Numbered from the stretch's first letter, positions 1-11,144 are shown. The stretch is 64,000 nucleotides of DNA from Negativicutes bacterium (GCA_963665275.2 CAXXIN010000017.1:1-64000); one strand, 5' to 3'. Notes: generated from the sequence alone by a model not told the origin. Translations and numbers: made by a program.

Positions 1-702
1 AAAAAACGACTCGCGCGCCTTCTCCTTGTAAATACGGCTGATGGGGATGGCAGCGCCGTCTTGCAGAAGAAACTTATCCGTGGAGTATTGAGCAATATGC
101 GAAAAATTAACGATAAAGCTTTTGTGCGATCGAATCCAGAGTTCACAAGGATAAAGTTCTTCAAATCTATCCAGTGTGATATATAAAGACACTCTTGAGG
201 CAGTCCGGGTTGTGACGATTTCCACGCGATTCTTCCGACTCTCCACATACAGGATGTCGTTGATCAGTAATCGCTGAGTAATGCCTCCGCTGGTAATCGT
301 GATGCTTTGTTTGTCTATTCCATTTATCCGGGACAAGGTCTTGTCCAAGGCCGCCGCCAATTTTTGCGTGTCGACCGGTTTGATCAGATAGGCTGCGGCA
401 TCGACCTCGTATCCTTCATAAACATAATCGGTGGAGCTGGTGAGGAATATGATAGTGACCCGTGTGTCCTGCCGGCGGAGCAACTTCGCACAAGCCATGC
501 CATCCAAGCCGCTCATGAGGATGTCCAGAAAAACAATATCAAAGCGTCCCCTGTTTTCCTCTGTAGCGGCGATCAAAGTTTCCGCATTCGCATAAATTAG
601 GACCTTCCCCGCGACATGTCGCTCCTGCAAGAAGTTTTTTATCGCATCGTACAGCTGGGTTCTGTCCGAAGCCTCGTCGTCACAAACTGCGATGAGCAGC
701 AT
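1..702 (-). CDS. LytTR-family response regulator (3' end runs off the window)
   Basis: Not in the ORF track. Manual translation from ATG at 702 (RBS GGAGG) gives MLLIAVCDDE...DIVFLDILMSGLDG...YLIKPV (receiver domain) and ...DILYVES...WIRSHKSFIVN (LytTR), open to base 1. Confidence 0.9.
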   Translation of the reverse strand, partial: MLLIAVCDDEASDRTQLYDAIKNFLQERHVAGKVLIYANAETLIAATEENRGRFDIVFLDILMSGLDGMACAKLLRRQDTRVTIIFLTSSTDYVYEGYEVDAAAYLIKPVDTQKLAAALDKTLSRINGIDKQSITITSGGITQRLLINDILYVESRKNRVEIVTTRTASRVSLYITLDRFEELYPCELWIRSHKSFIVNFSHIAQYSTDKFLLQDGAAIPISRIYKEKARESFF

Positions 703-850
703 TCCGTCCCCTCCATGTACCCCGGTGATCCTGTAATCCGGCAACCGTTTTTCGGTTTTCGTTTTTGTTATATTCTCTGCAGATGCAGGTTTTATCCTTT
801 TTTAATGACAAAAAATTTATATGCGATATTGATGAATCAAAGGAGTTTAC

Positions 851-2131
851 ATGCAGGAATCCATGCTGATTTTAATGACCATAAGCAGAGGACTTTTCCT
901 CTTATCCAATATGTTGCTTGACTACTCTTTTCTGACATCCAAAAAGCCCCTTTGGTTTCAGGTACTGGCTTTCACACTCACCTGGGCCGCGACATTTATT
1001 ATGCGGCCTTTCCTGAGTCAGTATATCGCCGACCCTTTTCTGATTGGGTATTTGGTGGGTCTGCTGTTTCTCGTTCCCTTTGCGCTAGTTTTCGAGGAAT
1101 CTGTTCATGCGAAACTATTCGTTTTCTTTATGGTGTTTTCTCTCTCTCAGTTAAATTTTCTGCTCTGCCTGTTTTTGGAACTGTTGGTGTTCAAGCAAAT
1201 GGTTGGCGCGTTGATTTTGGCCGGTCTGTTGCTGGAGCTAGCCTCCATTCCACTGGTCAGAAAATATGTGACTCCTCACGTGAAGAACATTCTCGAAGTC
1301 ATTGATCAGCAAAATCCCGGTTTTACTTTTTTTCCTATTTTATCTTTCCTGTTCCTGGCTTATTATGGTGTGCAAAGGATCTATCTGGTATCCACGTTCA
1401 TCCCGTTGGTGTTTTGCACCTTATTAATAGCTTTCACCTATTACCTCATCGCCGTATCTATCGACCAGACCAAACGTCAGCAGACGCTGGAGCGGCAATT
1501 GGCCTTGCAACGGGATCATTATCGTAACCTCAACGACAGTATCACGAATGCCAAAGTGACCCGTCACGACTTGCGCCATCACCTGGCGACCATTCTGGAG
1601 TTCCTGGGGAAGAAAGAGCTGCCGCCTGCTCAAGATTATCTGAAACGACTTTGCAGCGCCTACGACGATAGTGCCATTCCCACCGTGTGCCGGAACCAGG
1701 CGGCCGATGCGCTGATCTGTCATTATATAAAATTGGCCAAACAGCAGGACATTGCCCTGAACACCCAACTGAGCATTCCTGACAGTCCTGCTATCGACGA
1801 CCTGGACTTGTGCGTTATTATCGGCAACTGCCTGGAAAATGCGCTGGAGGCCTGTAGCAAAGTCAACAGGACGGAACCACGGTTCATCGCGATCAAGGCG
1901 GCGATAACCAAAGGTTATCTACTTGTAACGATTGAAAATTCCTTCAACGGATTCTTCCCACCGCAGGACGAAGGGAAATTCTTATCTGAAAAAGGCGTAG
2001 ATCACGGTCTCGGGCTCGCCAGCGTGAAGACGCTGTCCGCCAAACATGAAGGGCATTGCACTGTTTCCTTTGATCAAAGCATTTTCAGGGTAGTGGTTTC
2101 CCTGAAGGTACCGGAAATCATTGCCGCGTAA
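851..2131 (+). CDS. GHKL (AgrC/VirS-like) membrane sensor histidine kinase
   Basis: About 6 N-terminal TM segments, H-box RHDLRHH, N-box GNCLENALEA, G-box HGLGL. Confidence 0.9.
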   Translation: MQESMLILMTISRGLFLLSNMLLDYSFLTSKKPLWFQVLAFTLTWAATFIMRPFLSQYIADPFLIGYLVGLLFLVPFALVFEESVHAKLFVFFMVFSLSQLNFLLCLFLELLVFKQMVGALILAGLLLELASIPLVRKYVTPHVKNILEVIDQQNPGFTFFPILSFLFLAYYGVQRIYLVSTFIPLVFCTLLIAFTYYLIAVSIDQTKRQQTLERQLALQRDHYRNLNDSITNAKVTRHDLRHHLATILEFLGKKELPPAQDYLKRLCSAYDDSAIPTVCRNQAADALICHYIKLAKQQDIALNTQLSIPDSPAIDDLDLCVIIGNCLENALEACSKVNRTEPRFIAIKAAITKGYLLVTIENSFNGFFPPQDEGKFLSEKGVDHGLGLASVKTLSAKHEGHCTVSFDQSIFRVVVSLKVPEIIAA

Positions 2132-2216
2132 AATGTTGATCTGCACCTGCGATTGCGGCAGGAGTTTCGCCAAATCCCTAGAACTACCATGAATATATGT
2201 AATAGCACACACGAAT

Positions 2217-3470
2217 ATGATCCAGAAAGGGGATACTATATTGTCAGCAGCTGAATTAGAAAAAAACAACGGACGGCTTGCCAAAATGAAGCAAATCGCC
2301 CGTGAACAACATGCGGAATTGGTTAACATCCGCAGAACCTTGCACGAAAATCCGGAACTCGGGTTTGAAGAATTCGCAACGTCTCGTTTCATCGCTGATC
2401 ACATGGAAAAACTGGGTCTGGAGGTGCAGAGAGAAGTCGCTGGGACCGGCGTGGTCGCACTCCTTCGAGGCGCATTTCCAGGAAAGACGGTCGCAATCCG
2501 GGCCGATATGGATGCGTTGCCTATTCAAGAAATCAACGAGGTTCCCTACAAGTCCAAAAAACCTGGAAAAATGCACGCCTGTGGTCATGATGTTCATGTA
2601 ACATCAGCCATCGGCGCCGCAAAAATCTTGGCGCAATTCCGTGAGGAAATGGCAGGCAATATCAAGTTTATTTTTCAGCCGGCGGAAGAAACGACCGGCG
2701 GCGCGGAACCTATGATTGCGGCCGGAGTCCTCGAAAACCCCAAGGTGGATGCGATCATCGGCGGGCATGTCTGGGGTAGTCTGGAAAGCGGCATCGTAGA
2801 AGTTCTGCCGGGTCCGATCATGGCTTCATCCGATATGATTCATTTGACGATACGCGGCAAAGGCGGTCATGCCGCACAACCGCAAACAACGATTGATCCG
2901 GTGATCATTGCCAGTGAAATCGTCGTAGCCCTGCAGAAGATCGTCAGCCGCCAGATGGATCCATTCGAACCCATAGTTATCTCGATCTGCATGTTCCGGG
3001 CCGGCGATGCCTTCAATGTCATTCCGCATTCAGCATATCTGGAAGGTGCTGTCCGCACATTAAAGAACGGATTACGCAAAGAACTTGCCCAAAAAATCGA
3101 AGACGTTATCCGGGGAATTACAGAACCCTATGGGGCCACCTATGAACTTGATTATTCCTTCGGTTATCCGGTGACAGTCAATGATCCGGCAGTAACAGAG
3201 ACCGTGCGAAATTCGGCGATCAAGGTGCTTGGCGCTGACAAAGTCCGTATCGCTGAACGCGCTTCCATGGGCGCCGAAGATTTTTCGTATTTTCTTCTTG
3301 AAGTGCCTGGCGCCTATGTGCGCATCGGCACTCGCAACCCCGAAAAAGGTATTTCCCATGATATCCATCATCCCCAATTTGACATCGATGAAGCTGTGTT
3401 GGAACTGACTCCTGTTGTCTATGCCCAGGCAGCTTTTGATTTATTAGTGGACCCCTCACAAAAGCTCTAG
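2217..3470 (+). CDS. M20D family amidohydrolase
   Basis: HENPELGFEE, RADMDALP, MHACGHD, FQPAEE, GKGGHAA and EDF motifs. True start may be TTG at 2241. Confidence 0.92.
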   Translation: MIQKGDTILSAAELEKNNGRLAKMKQIAREQHAELVNIRRTLHENPELGFEEFATSRFIADHMEKLGLEVQREVAGTGVVALLRGAFPGKTVAIRADMDALPIQEINEVPYKSKKPGKMHACGHDVHVTSAIGAAKILAQFREEMAGNIKFIFQPAEETTGGAEPMIAAGVLENPKVDAIIGGHVWGSLESGIVEVLPGPIMASSDMIHLTIRGKGGHAAQPQTTIDPVIIASEIVVALQKIVSRQMDPFEPIVISICMFRAGDAFNVIPHSAYLEGAVRTLKNGLRKELAQKIEDVIRGITEPYGATYELDYSFGYPVTVNDPAVTETVRNSAIKVLGADKVRIAERASMGAEDFSYFLLEVPGAYVRIGTRNPEKGISHDIHHPQFDIDEAVLELTPVVYAQAAFDLLVDPSQKL

Positions 3471-3523
3471 AAGCATTGGCGCCCTGTTCAACCATTGTTG
3501 AAAAAGCGGTCTGCCGTCAGCGG

Positions 3524-4390
3524 TCAAATCGCGATCTGAGCCGTCATCATCCAGCGCAGCCGATCATCCCAGCGTTCAGGGGTGATGGTCACTGTGTAGG
3601 TGATGTCGCCTCTTTTTTTTTCGCCATAGGGCCTGATCATCGTCACTTTACCGGGAATCTCCAGCCCGGGAATTCCATCAAACGTCAACACAGCCTGATC
3701 CCCCACACGCACCCGGACAATTGACAATTCTGTCAGATCGTCGCTTCGGACGATCCAGGCAGATTCATCCGCGATTCGAACCAGTACCGTGCCGAGCAGG
3801 GCATGTTCCCCCACCTTCACATCCAGGAAAGCGACCGTTCCATCCATCGGGGCCCGCAGTTCAGTCTTGTCCAGCAACCCTTCAGATTCCGTTTTTTTGC
3901 TTTCCTGGGTCATCAGTTCCGCCTCGGCCTGCGCCAACGCCGCCCGATTTCGGTCAACCGTCGTTCTGGCCTGATCGAGTTGCTGCTTTGGAGTTGCGCC
4001 AGCAGCCTCCAATTTTTTTAACCGTTCAAATTCACGTTGTGCATCCGCTAAATTCACGCGAGCCTGTTCCACCGCAGCAGCGGCACGGGCCACGTCGGAT
4101 CTGGCGCTGTTGACCCTGGCTTGATAATCCTGACGAACTAATCGGATCAAGGGCTGGCCAGTTTTCACCTTCTCACCCTCGCTCACCAGAATTTCCCCCA
4201 CCATACCATCGATAGGCATGACCATCTGGGCATAACGTGCCGGATAGATGATCCCTTCAGACAAAACCCTTTTATCCGCCTTGGCCGGCGGTATATTTTT
4301 ATTATCTTCCTGACTCCCGCTCCATATCCACCAGGCGCCTGCAGCCAGCAAGATTGCCAGCAGAATCAATAATAGCTTGCGTCGGGTCAT
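3524..4390 (-). CDS. HlyD/MacA-type membrane fusion protein
   Basis: N-terminal TM anchor, lipoyl half-motifs (GEKVKTGQPL, LRAPMDGTV) and a coiled-coil hairpin. Confidence 0.88.
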   Translation of the reverse strand: MTRRKLLLILLAILLAAGAWWIWSGSQEDNKNIPPAKADKRVLSEGIIYPARYAQMVMPIDGMVGEILVSEGEKVKTGQPLIRLVRQDYQARVNSARSDVARAAAAVEQARVNLADAQREFERLKKLEAAGATPKQQLDQARTTVDRNRAALAQAEAELMTQESKKTESEGLLDKTELRAPMDGTVAFLDVKVGEHALLGTVLVRIADESAWIVRSDDLTELSIVRVRVGDQAVLTFDGIPGLEIPGKVTMIRPYGEKKRGDITYTVTITPERWDDRLRWMMTAQIAI

Positions 4391-4411
4391 GATTTTCTCC
4401 CTTGCACGATT

Positions 4412-6844
4412 TTATTCATAGCTCAATACATCGCGCACGCTTAAACGCGCCGCATTCCATGCCGGCAAAAGGCTTGCGGCCACAGAAAGCAATACAGACA
4501 GGACCAGCCAGATGCCCGCGCCCAGAAAACTAAACGAAAAAGAAAGGGGGGCTTCCAAAAACAACACTCCCACACGATTGCTGAGCATCGCCGCCACCGG
4601 CAACGCCAAGATCAGTCCGATCAACCAGCTTAACACGCCAATGCACAAAGCTTCCACAACAAAAACCAGTCCCACGTGCAGGCTCGAAGCTCCGATCGCC
4701 CTCATTACGCCAATCTCGCGAGTCCTTTCCAGTACATTGATTCCCATCGTGCCAGTCAGCCCCAGAGCACCGACGACAGCCAGCAAAACCGCCATAATCA
4801 TCAAAAAATTAGTAATGATGTCAAATTGAGCGCGAATCATATCTTTGGTTTCCCAGATGACATCCACATGGTGAATGCGCAGACTGTTTTTTTTCAAATG
4901 TTCTTCAAGCGCCCGTCCCAATTCGCTCTGATCCTTCGCATTGGTTGATTCCGCGACAATCTGGGCGGATCGCGCCCTTCCCGTTTCCTGGATCGCTCCG
5001 GAAAACCAATCATAGGGCGCGAAGGCGAACGGCCCCGTCAATGTGCTCTGTGCAATTCCCACCACAGTGAACTGAATTCGGCGATTCCCAATCTTGATTA
5101 CCGCAGGCCCGCCAACTTTCAGCTCCGGCCTGTCCTTCACCACATCGGTATTGACCACCAGAGCATTTTCATCTCCGTCCATCAACCAGCGGCCTGCGAT
5201 AATGCGAGGTTTGATCATCTTTGTATTTAGCGGCGGCGCCATGACAAACACATTCTTGCTAGCTTCGTCTTCGGATTCTTTCCTGGCGTCCTTCAGCACC
5301 CTGCCGGAAGAAAACCCCCACGTCTCGACAGCTTTTACTCCGGGAACCCGCATCACTTCCTGTTCAATCCTGCTCGAACGAAAGCTTTTCGTGAATGCGA
5401 CGCCAATGTCGTAATGGAAATAGTCCATCGCCTCGTCCAGCGTCGCATACAGGGATGAACGTACTGAAAATACCGCCATGAATACGGTGCCGGCGACGGT
5501 CAGTGTCATGAGCGTGAGTGCCAGTCGACCCTTGCGCCTGAATGTATTTCGCAGCGACAGCACCACTGGGCGGGGCATGTTCCGTAACCTCGCCAGGGAA
5601 GCATCAACCCACCGGTCAATCTTTCCTCGGGCGGAAACTGAACTGATGCCGAAATCATGGACTGCTTCCCGCACCGTTACCCCCGTGCCTCGCCAAATCG
5701 GCCAAACCGCTGCCGCCAAGGGAACCAAAATGGCTACCGCCGCCTCAAGAACCAATACCCGCGGGGGTACTTCCAGCCCGCCCGAGTCGAAATTGAATAC
5801 GCCGGAGATAAATGCGGTAATGCCACCTGCAGCCAAGGCTCCCAACGGAACTGCCACAATCAGGGCCAGCACTCCGTAAACAACCACCAATGAAAGATAC
5901 ATCTCCAAAATCTGATCTCTGCGCGCCCCGAGCGTTTTCATGATCCCGATCTGCCTGACCTGCTGTGTCAGGATGGATGAGATAGTATTCACCAGTAATA
6001 GGCTTCCCAACAGCAGCGACAATGCCCCTAGCACCGACAATAGTAGCAGCATGGCATTGATACCGTTCTGCATTGGATGTTCGCCTGGTTTATAAACCTG
6101 CAGCCAAAACACTGTCGTGTCCCCCTGCTCCAGCTTGTTCCATGCTTTACGCCCGAGCGCTTCGATGGGTTCTGTCGCTTTCCCCTGCAACGCCCAGGGT
6201 TGAACAATGAAATTTACCTGATCAAGCTGGCGGGTTTCATCCAGTTTCCCCAACGTATCCATGCTGATATATCCATAATAACTACCTGTGAACATGCTGG
6301 GCAGCTGGGTCGGGTCGTACACGACCCCTGTCACTTTCATCGACCTTTTTCGTCCAGCCGGTGTTTCAATCGTAATCCAGCTGCCCTGTGAAACCCCCAG
6401 AGCTTTCAACGAAGAACGTTCCAGCAGAACATCTCCATCGCCGGGAGGCCAGTCGCCAGATTGGGAACGCACGATGTTGACCCTTTGTTTGATATAATCG
6501 GGGATCGCGACGAGCATCATCTGTTTCCACTGCCCATCAGCGCTCTGGACCCGCAGACTCACGTTCCTGCGCCCCTCTGCTTCCTTGACTCCCCTCAGGC
6601 TTCGGACGCTGTCCACTAGTTCTTCCTCGAAAGGATCCGCATAGAGACTGGCGCTGGCCGGTTCAGCGGCGCCCCAGCTCCGCGCCAAATCCCGCTCAAA
6701 CATCAGAAATGAGCTGTAGACCATTCCGACCGCAAACACGCCGACCGAAATCGACAGCATCACCAGCAACGTCCGCAGCTTGTTACCCCAAAGATCCATC
6801 CAGACTTTGCGCCAGCGCGGCGAAACCCAAACTTGCCGGTTCAT
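4412..6844 (-). CDS. MacB/FtsX-type ABC exporter permease (duplicated FtsX domains)
   Basis: Two repeats of periplasmic domain plus [11 protein letters not shown] / [11 protein letters not shown] FtsX motifs. Confidence 0.9.
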   Translation of the reverse strand: MNRQVWVSPRWRKVWMDLWGNKLRTLLVMLSISVGVFAVGMVYSSFLMFERDLARSWGAAEPASASLYADPFEEELVDSVRSLRGVKEAEGRRNVSLRVQSADGQWKQMMLVAIPDYIKQRVNIVRSQSGDWPPGDGDVLLERSSLKALGVSQGSWITIETPAGRKRSMKVTGVVYDPTQLPSMFTGSYYGYISMDTLGKLDETRQLDQVNFIVQPWALQGKATEPIEALGRKAWNKLEQGDTTVFWLQVYKPGEHPMQNGINAMLLLLSVLGALSLLLGSLLLVNTISSILTQQVRQIGIMKTLGARRDQILEMYLSLVVVYGVLALIVAVPLGALAAGGITAFISGVFNFDSGGLEVPPRVLVLEAAVAILVPLAAAVWPIWRGTGVTVREAVHDFGISSVSARGKIDRWVDASLARLRNMPRPVVLSLRNTFRRKGRLALTLMTLTVAGTVFMAVFSVRSSLYATLDEAMDYFHYDIGVAFTKSFRSSRIEQEVMRVPGVKAVETWGFSSGRVLKDARKESEDEASKNVFVMAPPLNTKMIKPRIIAGRWLMDGDENALVVNTDVVKDRPELKVGGPAVIKIGNRRIQFTVVGIAQSTLTGPFAFAPYDWFSGAIQETGRARSAQIVAESTNAKDQSELGRALEEHLKKNSLRIHHVDVIWETKDMIRAQFDIITNFLMIMAVLLAVVGALGLTGTMGINVLERTREIGVMRAIGASSLHVGLVFVVEALCIGVLSWLIGLILALPVAAMLSNRVGVLFLEAPLSFSFSFLGAGIWLVLSVLLSVAASLLPAWNAARLSVRDVLSYE

Positions 6845-7593
6845 GGTTCAGGTCCCATGACCAAGGCGGAAGACTCGATGTGTCCTGCCGCCACAGTCAC
6901 GATCCGACTGCCCCGCCGCGCCAGATCGAGGTCGTGCGTAACCATCAGGATCGTCTTTCCTCTTCCGGCAAGGTCGCCAAACAAATCTATTACAGAAGAG
7001 GCCGTCTGGTCGTCGAGGTTTCCTGTCGGCTCGTCCGCCACCAACAATGCCGGGTCATTGGCCAAAGAGCGGGCGATGGCCACCCTTTGCTGTTCCCCTC
7101 CACTAAGGCCAGAAGGCAGTTTGTCCGCCTGCTCGCCCACCCCGACCAGCTCCAGCAATTCCATGGCCCGGTCCGGCCGTTCCTTCGCGTCGTGGACATT
7201 GCAAAAATCCATGGGAATCATAACATTTTCCAACGCCGTCAATGTCGGCAAGAGCTGAAAAAACTGAAAAACGACTCCGACTGTCCGCCCACGCCAAACA
7301 GCAATCTGATTCTCGGTCAACGTGTGAACCGGCGTCCCGGCGACCCACACTTCGCCGCTTGTCGGCCGGTCAATCCCCGCAATCATGTTGATCAGCGTGG
7401 ATTTGCCACTGCCGGATTTGCCGACTACTGCAACAAACTCGCCAGTTTTCACCCGCAAGTCAATACCCTTCAGCGCTTCGAACTCTCCGGCGCCCGTCAC
7501 ATACACCTTTCTGACGGCCGAAAGTTCAATGGCGTCCACCTTTATCCCCGGCACTGGCAAGTTCACTTCGGATAGCCAGGAAAAAATATTCAT
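6841..7593 (-). CDS. ABC transporter ATP-binding protein (LolD/MacB type)
   Basis: [35 protein letters not shown]; overlaps the permease start (ATGA). Confidence 0.93.
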   Translation of the reverse strand: MNIFSWLSEVNLPVPGIKVDAIELSAVRKVYVTGAGEFEALKGIDLRVKTGEFVAVVGKSGSGKSTLINMIAGIDRPTSGEVWVAGTPVHTLTENQIAVWRGRTVGVVFQFFQLLPTLTALENVMIPMDFCNVHDAKERPDRAMELLELVGVGEQADKLPSGLSGGEQQRVAIARSLANDPALLVADEPTGNLDDQTASSVIDLFGDLAGRGKTILMVTHDLDLARRGSRIVTVAAGHIESSALVMGPEP

Positions 7594-7608
7594 GATTCCG
7601 TAAATAGG

Positions 7609-7633
7609 AAAAAAGCACGACTAAGTCGTGCTT
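7609..7633 (-). terminator. Intrinsic terminator-like hairpin after the 81-aa ORF
   Basis: AAGCACGAC-TTA-GTCGTGCTT stem followed by a U-tract on the minus strand. Confidence 0.6.
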
Positions 7634-7689
7634 GAATCGATTCTCCTATCGTCGCGATTATTTGCATAGGCATGTTTCATGTCCCCCGT

Positions 7690-7935
7690 TCAGTGAAACG
7701 CAGTATGATGGGGAGTTTTCACTCTTTGTTTTCCGCTGATATGCAGATTTACGGCTTCAAGTTTATCCCCATACTCCGCCCGCAAAAGTTTCTCTACCTC
7801 TTCCGGCGGTAATTTATACGTCTTTACCTCATCGTCGACTCTAGCTGGCGTCGAGCTCTTCCCTACCGCTACCGTCGTTAACCCAGCGTGTGCCGTTTGC
7901 ATGATTGACAGCGGAATTCTATACATTTTACTCAT
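7690..7935 (-). CDS. Small hypothetical protein (~81 aa)
   Basis: ATG at 7935 after purine-rich GGGAGAAAA; MSKMYRIPL...; same strand as flanking genes. The ORF track extends it to 8025. Confidence 0.5.
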   Translation of the reverse strand: MSKMYRIPLSIMQTAHAGLTTVAVGKSSTPARVDDEVKTYKLPPEEVEKLLRAEYGDKLEAVNLHISGKQRVKTPHHTAFH

Positions 7936-7972
7936 TTTTCTCCCGCCTTTCCCTGTTATGTGAGCAAATATA

Positions 7973-8758
7973 TTACTTATTTTTCCTTTTATGCTTCGCC
8001 GACTGCAAATTCCCTTTTGCTTCATGAACCAGATCGGCTAGCGTATGATTCTCCCATTTTACGACACCGGCGCTGATTGTGACGTTTATGCTTGATTCTG
8101 TGCATGGCGACGTTGCGATAAGCGATCGAATCCTTTCCGCAAGAACGCAGGCTCCTTCGCAATCAGTGTTGGGCAAGATCAACATGAACTCTCCGCTACC
8201 GTAACGACCCGCCGCATCTGACGGACGCAAGATTTGACGCAAGAGCGTCGCACTATACTCCAAAACTCCATCTCCGACCCGATAGCCATATTGGTCGTTG
8301 ATTTTTTTGAAATTGTCAATGTCAAACAACACAATGGACAAGGGGTCATCATATCGACGTGCACGCTCGATTTCATTCTCAAGGGTCTTCATGAGAAAAG
8401 AGTAATTGAACAACCCTGTTACCGTGTCCGTTTCCAAGCTGAGTTTGATAATTTGATTCGCTTCTTCCAATTGTTTCTTAATATCCCTAAGTTGCCGGGC
8501 GGCATCATTTTGCGATCCTGCTAGAGATTTCATCAGCCCGGTCATATAGCCTTTATGTCGGAGAGGAGGAGGGGAAGGGTTTTGCGTTAGCAAGTTCGAG
8601 GTGAAATTGCGCAATTCCAGAAGCATCTCATGCAGCTCTGTTACGGCGGAATCCGAAGAATCCGGCGGCAATGGCAGCGGGTACGCCTCTACCAGAGTGC
8701 TTTTGAGCGCCTTCAGTTCGCCCTGGGTAATACCCATTTCAACAGATGGACTCCGCAT
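7973..8758 (-). CDS. GGDEF-domain protein with degenerate active site (GSGEF)
   Basis: DTVTGLFN, DIDNFKKINDQYG, RPSD I-site, RYGSGEF. Confidence 0.85.
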   Translation of the reverse strand: MRSPSVEMGITQGELKALKSTLVEAYPLPLPPDSSDSAVTELHEMLLELRNFTSNLLTQNPSPPPLRHKGYMTGLMKSLAGSQNDAARQLRDIKKQLEEANQIIKLSLETDTVTGLFNYSFLMKTLENEIERARRYDDPLSIVLFDIDNFKKINDQYGYRVGDGVLEYSATLLRQILRPSDAAGRYGSGEFMLILPNTDCEGACVLAERIRSLIATSPCTESSINVTISAGVVKWENHTLADLVHEAKGNLQSAKHKRKNK

Positions 8759-9098
8759 TAACGAAACCTCCTCGAAGTTCTATGAGAAATTGCCATTTCA
8801 TTTGTCCTCAATGATAAACCAAAGGATCCCTTATAGCATTAACCCTGTTGTCTAATGTTGCAGGCTATTTTGCATTCGGTTTTTATAATGACTTTATAAG
8901 GGTATCTATAAATAATGACCTTATTGCTAAAATTTTGGCAGCCGCAGAGTTGGCGGCAGGCGTATTAATTCATAACAATTTTTCCATTCGAATTTTATTA
9001 TGTTGTTATAATTACAAAACCCCGATGGTGCAATAAAATAAAAGATGAAAAGAAATGGAACACAACATCTGCATCTGCCATAGAAGGAGATGTTCTGA

Positions 9099-9590
9099 AT
9101 GAAGCTGCTCCTCGTACTGCTATTGCTCCTATTGATCTGCCTCTCACCGGCGGTGGCTGCGGCGACATCACCGATTTGGTCTTTGTCCATTGGGCTTGAC
9201 GGATCGAATTCCAACTACTTTACCAGTGACTTTGGCGCCGCCAATAGATGGTTCCAAAGTTTTGAACCAAAGTTCCTGACAGCCAGCGCCACCATCAGTA
9301 ATGGCACACGATTCAGCGTTGGCTACGGATTGGGCCGCAATGAGGTTCCGGGTTATGATGGCAGCGCAATGATGGCTGGCGTGGATAAAAAGATAAATGA
9401 GAACTGGTGGGTTACCGTTGGATATGAGAGCGGCCGGAATCCCTTCAGTGGCTTTAATGTTGGCGCTGTCTACAATATTTCGCCGAATGCGGCGGTTTCA
9501 TTCGGATCCTCTTTCACTACCAATGATTATGAATTGAAAAACAACACCATAAATACCACCATACGGACTCAGTTATTCATACATTTTTAA
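9099..9590 (+). CDS. Secreted/outer-membrane beta-rich hypothetical protein
   Basis: Signal peptide, alternating beta-strand pattern, C-terminal Phe (TQLFIHF), RBS AGGAG. Confidence 0.6.
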   Translation: MKLLLVLLLLLLICLSPAVAAATSPIWSLSIGLDGSNSNYFTSDFGAANRWFQSFEPKFLTASATISNGTRFSVGYGLGRNEVPGYDGSAMMAGVDKKINENWWVTVGYESGRNPFSGFNVGAVYNISPNAAVSFGSSFTTNDYELKNNTINTTIRTQLFIHF

Positions 9591-9640
9591 TGGTCATCCT
9601 TTCGCTGTTGAATTTAATATAGTAAGATATCCACGATAAT

Positions 9641-9689
9641 TAATAAAGAAACGACGTCTGAAAATAGTTCAGACGCCGTTTCTTTATTA
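9641..9689. terminator. Bidirectional terminator between convergent genes
   Basis: TAATAAAGAAACGACGTCTGAA / TTCAGACGCCGTTTCTTTATTA near-perfect inverted repeat. Confidence 0.75.
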
Positions 9690-9705
9690 TCTGAAGGTTC
9701 TTGTC

Positions 9706-10233
9706 TCAATTCAAGTCGTCCGCCTGTCGGATCAATTGCAAGGCAACCGGGTCATCAGACTCAGCTGCCTGATGATGTGAACCCACGATTTTGAGTAACT
9801 CATCCTCTGTGCCGATCTCCCTCAGCAGCGCGACGCCGCGCTTTGGGTGATAAAAACACACATGCAGGGCATGCCGCAGATTGTCCAGTCGGGTTCCCTG
9901 GCCCTCCCGCGCCCAGCCTCTGGCTTGTCCGGGCATGAAGTAATTCAGCAACACCGCAATCGTTTTGTCCCAGGTACTGACATCGCCCCACCGACGCCCC
10001 ACGTCATGCAACAAAGCACACCGAACGAGGAAACGGCAGTCCACGTCAGTACGTCCGGCTGCCAGGCGCAGAATGTCAGCAGCTACCCGCCGACAGTGAA
10101 ACTGATCCTGTACACTCATACCAGCAAACAATTTCTGTTCACGGACCGTCAGATATTCGCCAAAAAAAGTTCGATCCGCCGGGGTAATGCAGGCTCGCCA
10201 CGCCTGTGCAAATTGTTTGACCCGTTTTCGCAT
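9706..10233 (-). CDS. HD-domain protein
   Basis: DQFHCRRVA, ALLHDVG, HPKRG, HH and ADD motifs. Confidence 0.8.
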   Translation of the reverse strand: MRKRVKQFAQAWRACITPADRTFFGEYLTVREQKLFAGMSVQDQFHCRRVAADILRLAAGRTDVDCRFLVRCALLHDVGRRWGDVSTWDKTIAVLLNYFMPGQARGWAREGQGTRLDNLRHALHVCFYHPKRGVALLREIGTEDELLKIVGSHHQAAESDDPVALQLIRQADDLN

Positions 10234-10385
10234 CGGCAGTCTTCACTCTTCCTTCAAGCATTTTTTGATTTGTTAGGGAAATATCTGCAAATCCTCTTGA
10301 TTTTCCAGCTGAGATCTGATAAATTAATAACGTAATAAATAATAATTCTCCATTAAAGAATTATTAAAAAGTAGGAGGAGATCAA

Positions 10386-10934
10386 ATGAAGAAATTTATC
10401 TGCACGATCTGTGGTTATGTTCACGAAGGGGATGCCGCTCCGGAGTTCTGTCCGCAATGCAAGGCTCCCGCCAGCAAGTTCATCGAACAATCTACTACCG
10501 CCCTGGTTTGGGCTGACGAGCATCGTATTGGTGTCGCTGCCGGTGTGGATCCAGAAATCGTCGAAGGACTAAAAATGAACTTCATGGGTGAATGCACCGA
10601 AGTCGGAATGTATCTGGCTATGAGCCGTCAAGCCGACAGGGAAGGGTTCCCTGAAGTTGCTGAAGCTTACAAGCGCATTGCGTTTGAAGAAGCCGAACAT
10701 GCTGCGAAATTTGCCGAACTGTTGGGTGAAGTTGTATTCCCCTCCACCAAGAAAAATCTGGAACTGCGGGTTGAAGCTGAATACGGCGCATGCCAGGGGA
10801 AACTAGGAATTGCAAAAAAAGCCAAACAGCTGAATCTGGATGCCATCCATGACACGGTTCATGAAATGTGCAAAGATGAAGCCCGCCATGGCGCTGCCTT
10901 CAAAGGCCTTCTGGAGCGTTACTTCAGCAAATAA
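10386..10934 (+). CDS. rbr3: Reverse rubrerythrin (NADH peroxidase)
   Basis: N-terminal rubredoxin CTIC...CPQC followed by ferritin-like EEAEH / DEARH; strong RBS AGGAGG. Confidence 0.92.
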   Translation: MKKFICTICGYVHEGDAAPEFCPQCKAPASKFIEQSTTALVWADEHRIGVAAGVDPEIVEGLKMNFMGECTEVGMYLAMSRQADREGFPEVAEAYKRIAFEEAEHAAKFAELLGEVVFPSTKKNLELRVEAEYGACQGKLGIAKKAKQLNLDAIHDTVHEMCKDEARHGAAFKGLLERYFSK

Positions 10935-10950
10935 TAATATAGCTTATGCG

Positions 10951-10989
10951 AAGAGGTTTCTGACAAAATTGTTGGAAGCCTCTTTTTTT
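10951..10989 (+). terminator. Intrinsic terminator of the rubrerythrin gene
   Basis: AAGAGGTTTC...GGAAGCCTCTT plus T-tract. Confidence 0.7.
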
Positions 10990-11144
10990 ATGATGCCTCA
11001 TTACTAATGAGGCATCAATTTCACGAGTATTTCCTGCTCCCATATTACAGTGCCCCTATAACAGCAATATTGTACCATAAAGTAAAAACGCAGACCGTTT
11101 TCTTACTCTTTCGGAAAACAGCCCGCGTTATTACTGGGATTCAT

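Noticed and set aside
6709-7575. Long antisense ORFs (e.g. 6709-7575, 35404-36174, 43217-44002, 59973-60716)
   Set aside because: They are shadows of well-supported genes on the opposite strand and carry no motifs.
10320-10365. PerR/Fur box upstream of the rubrerythrin gene
   Set aside because: Biologically plausible, but the AT-rich sequence gives no unambiguous palindrome by eye.
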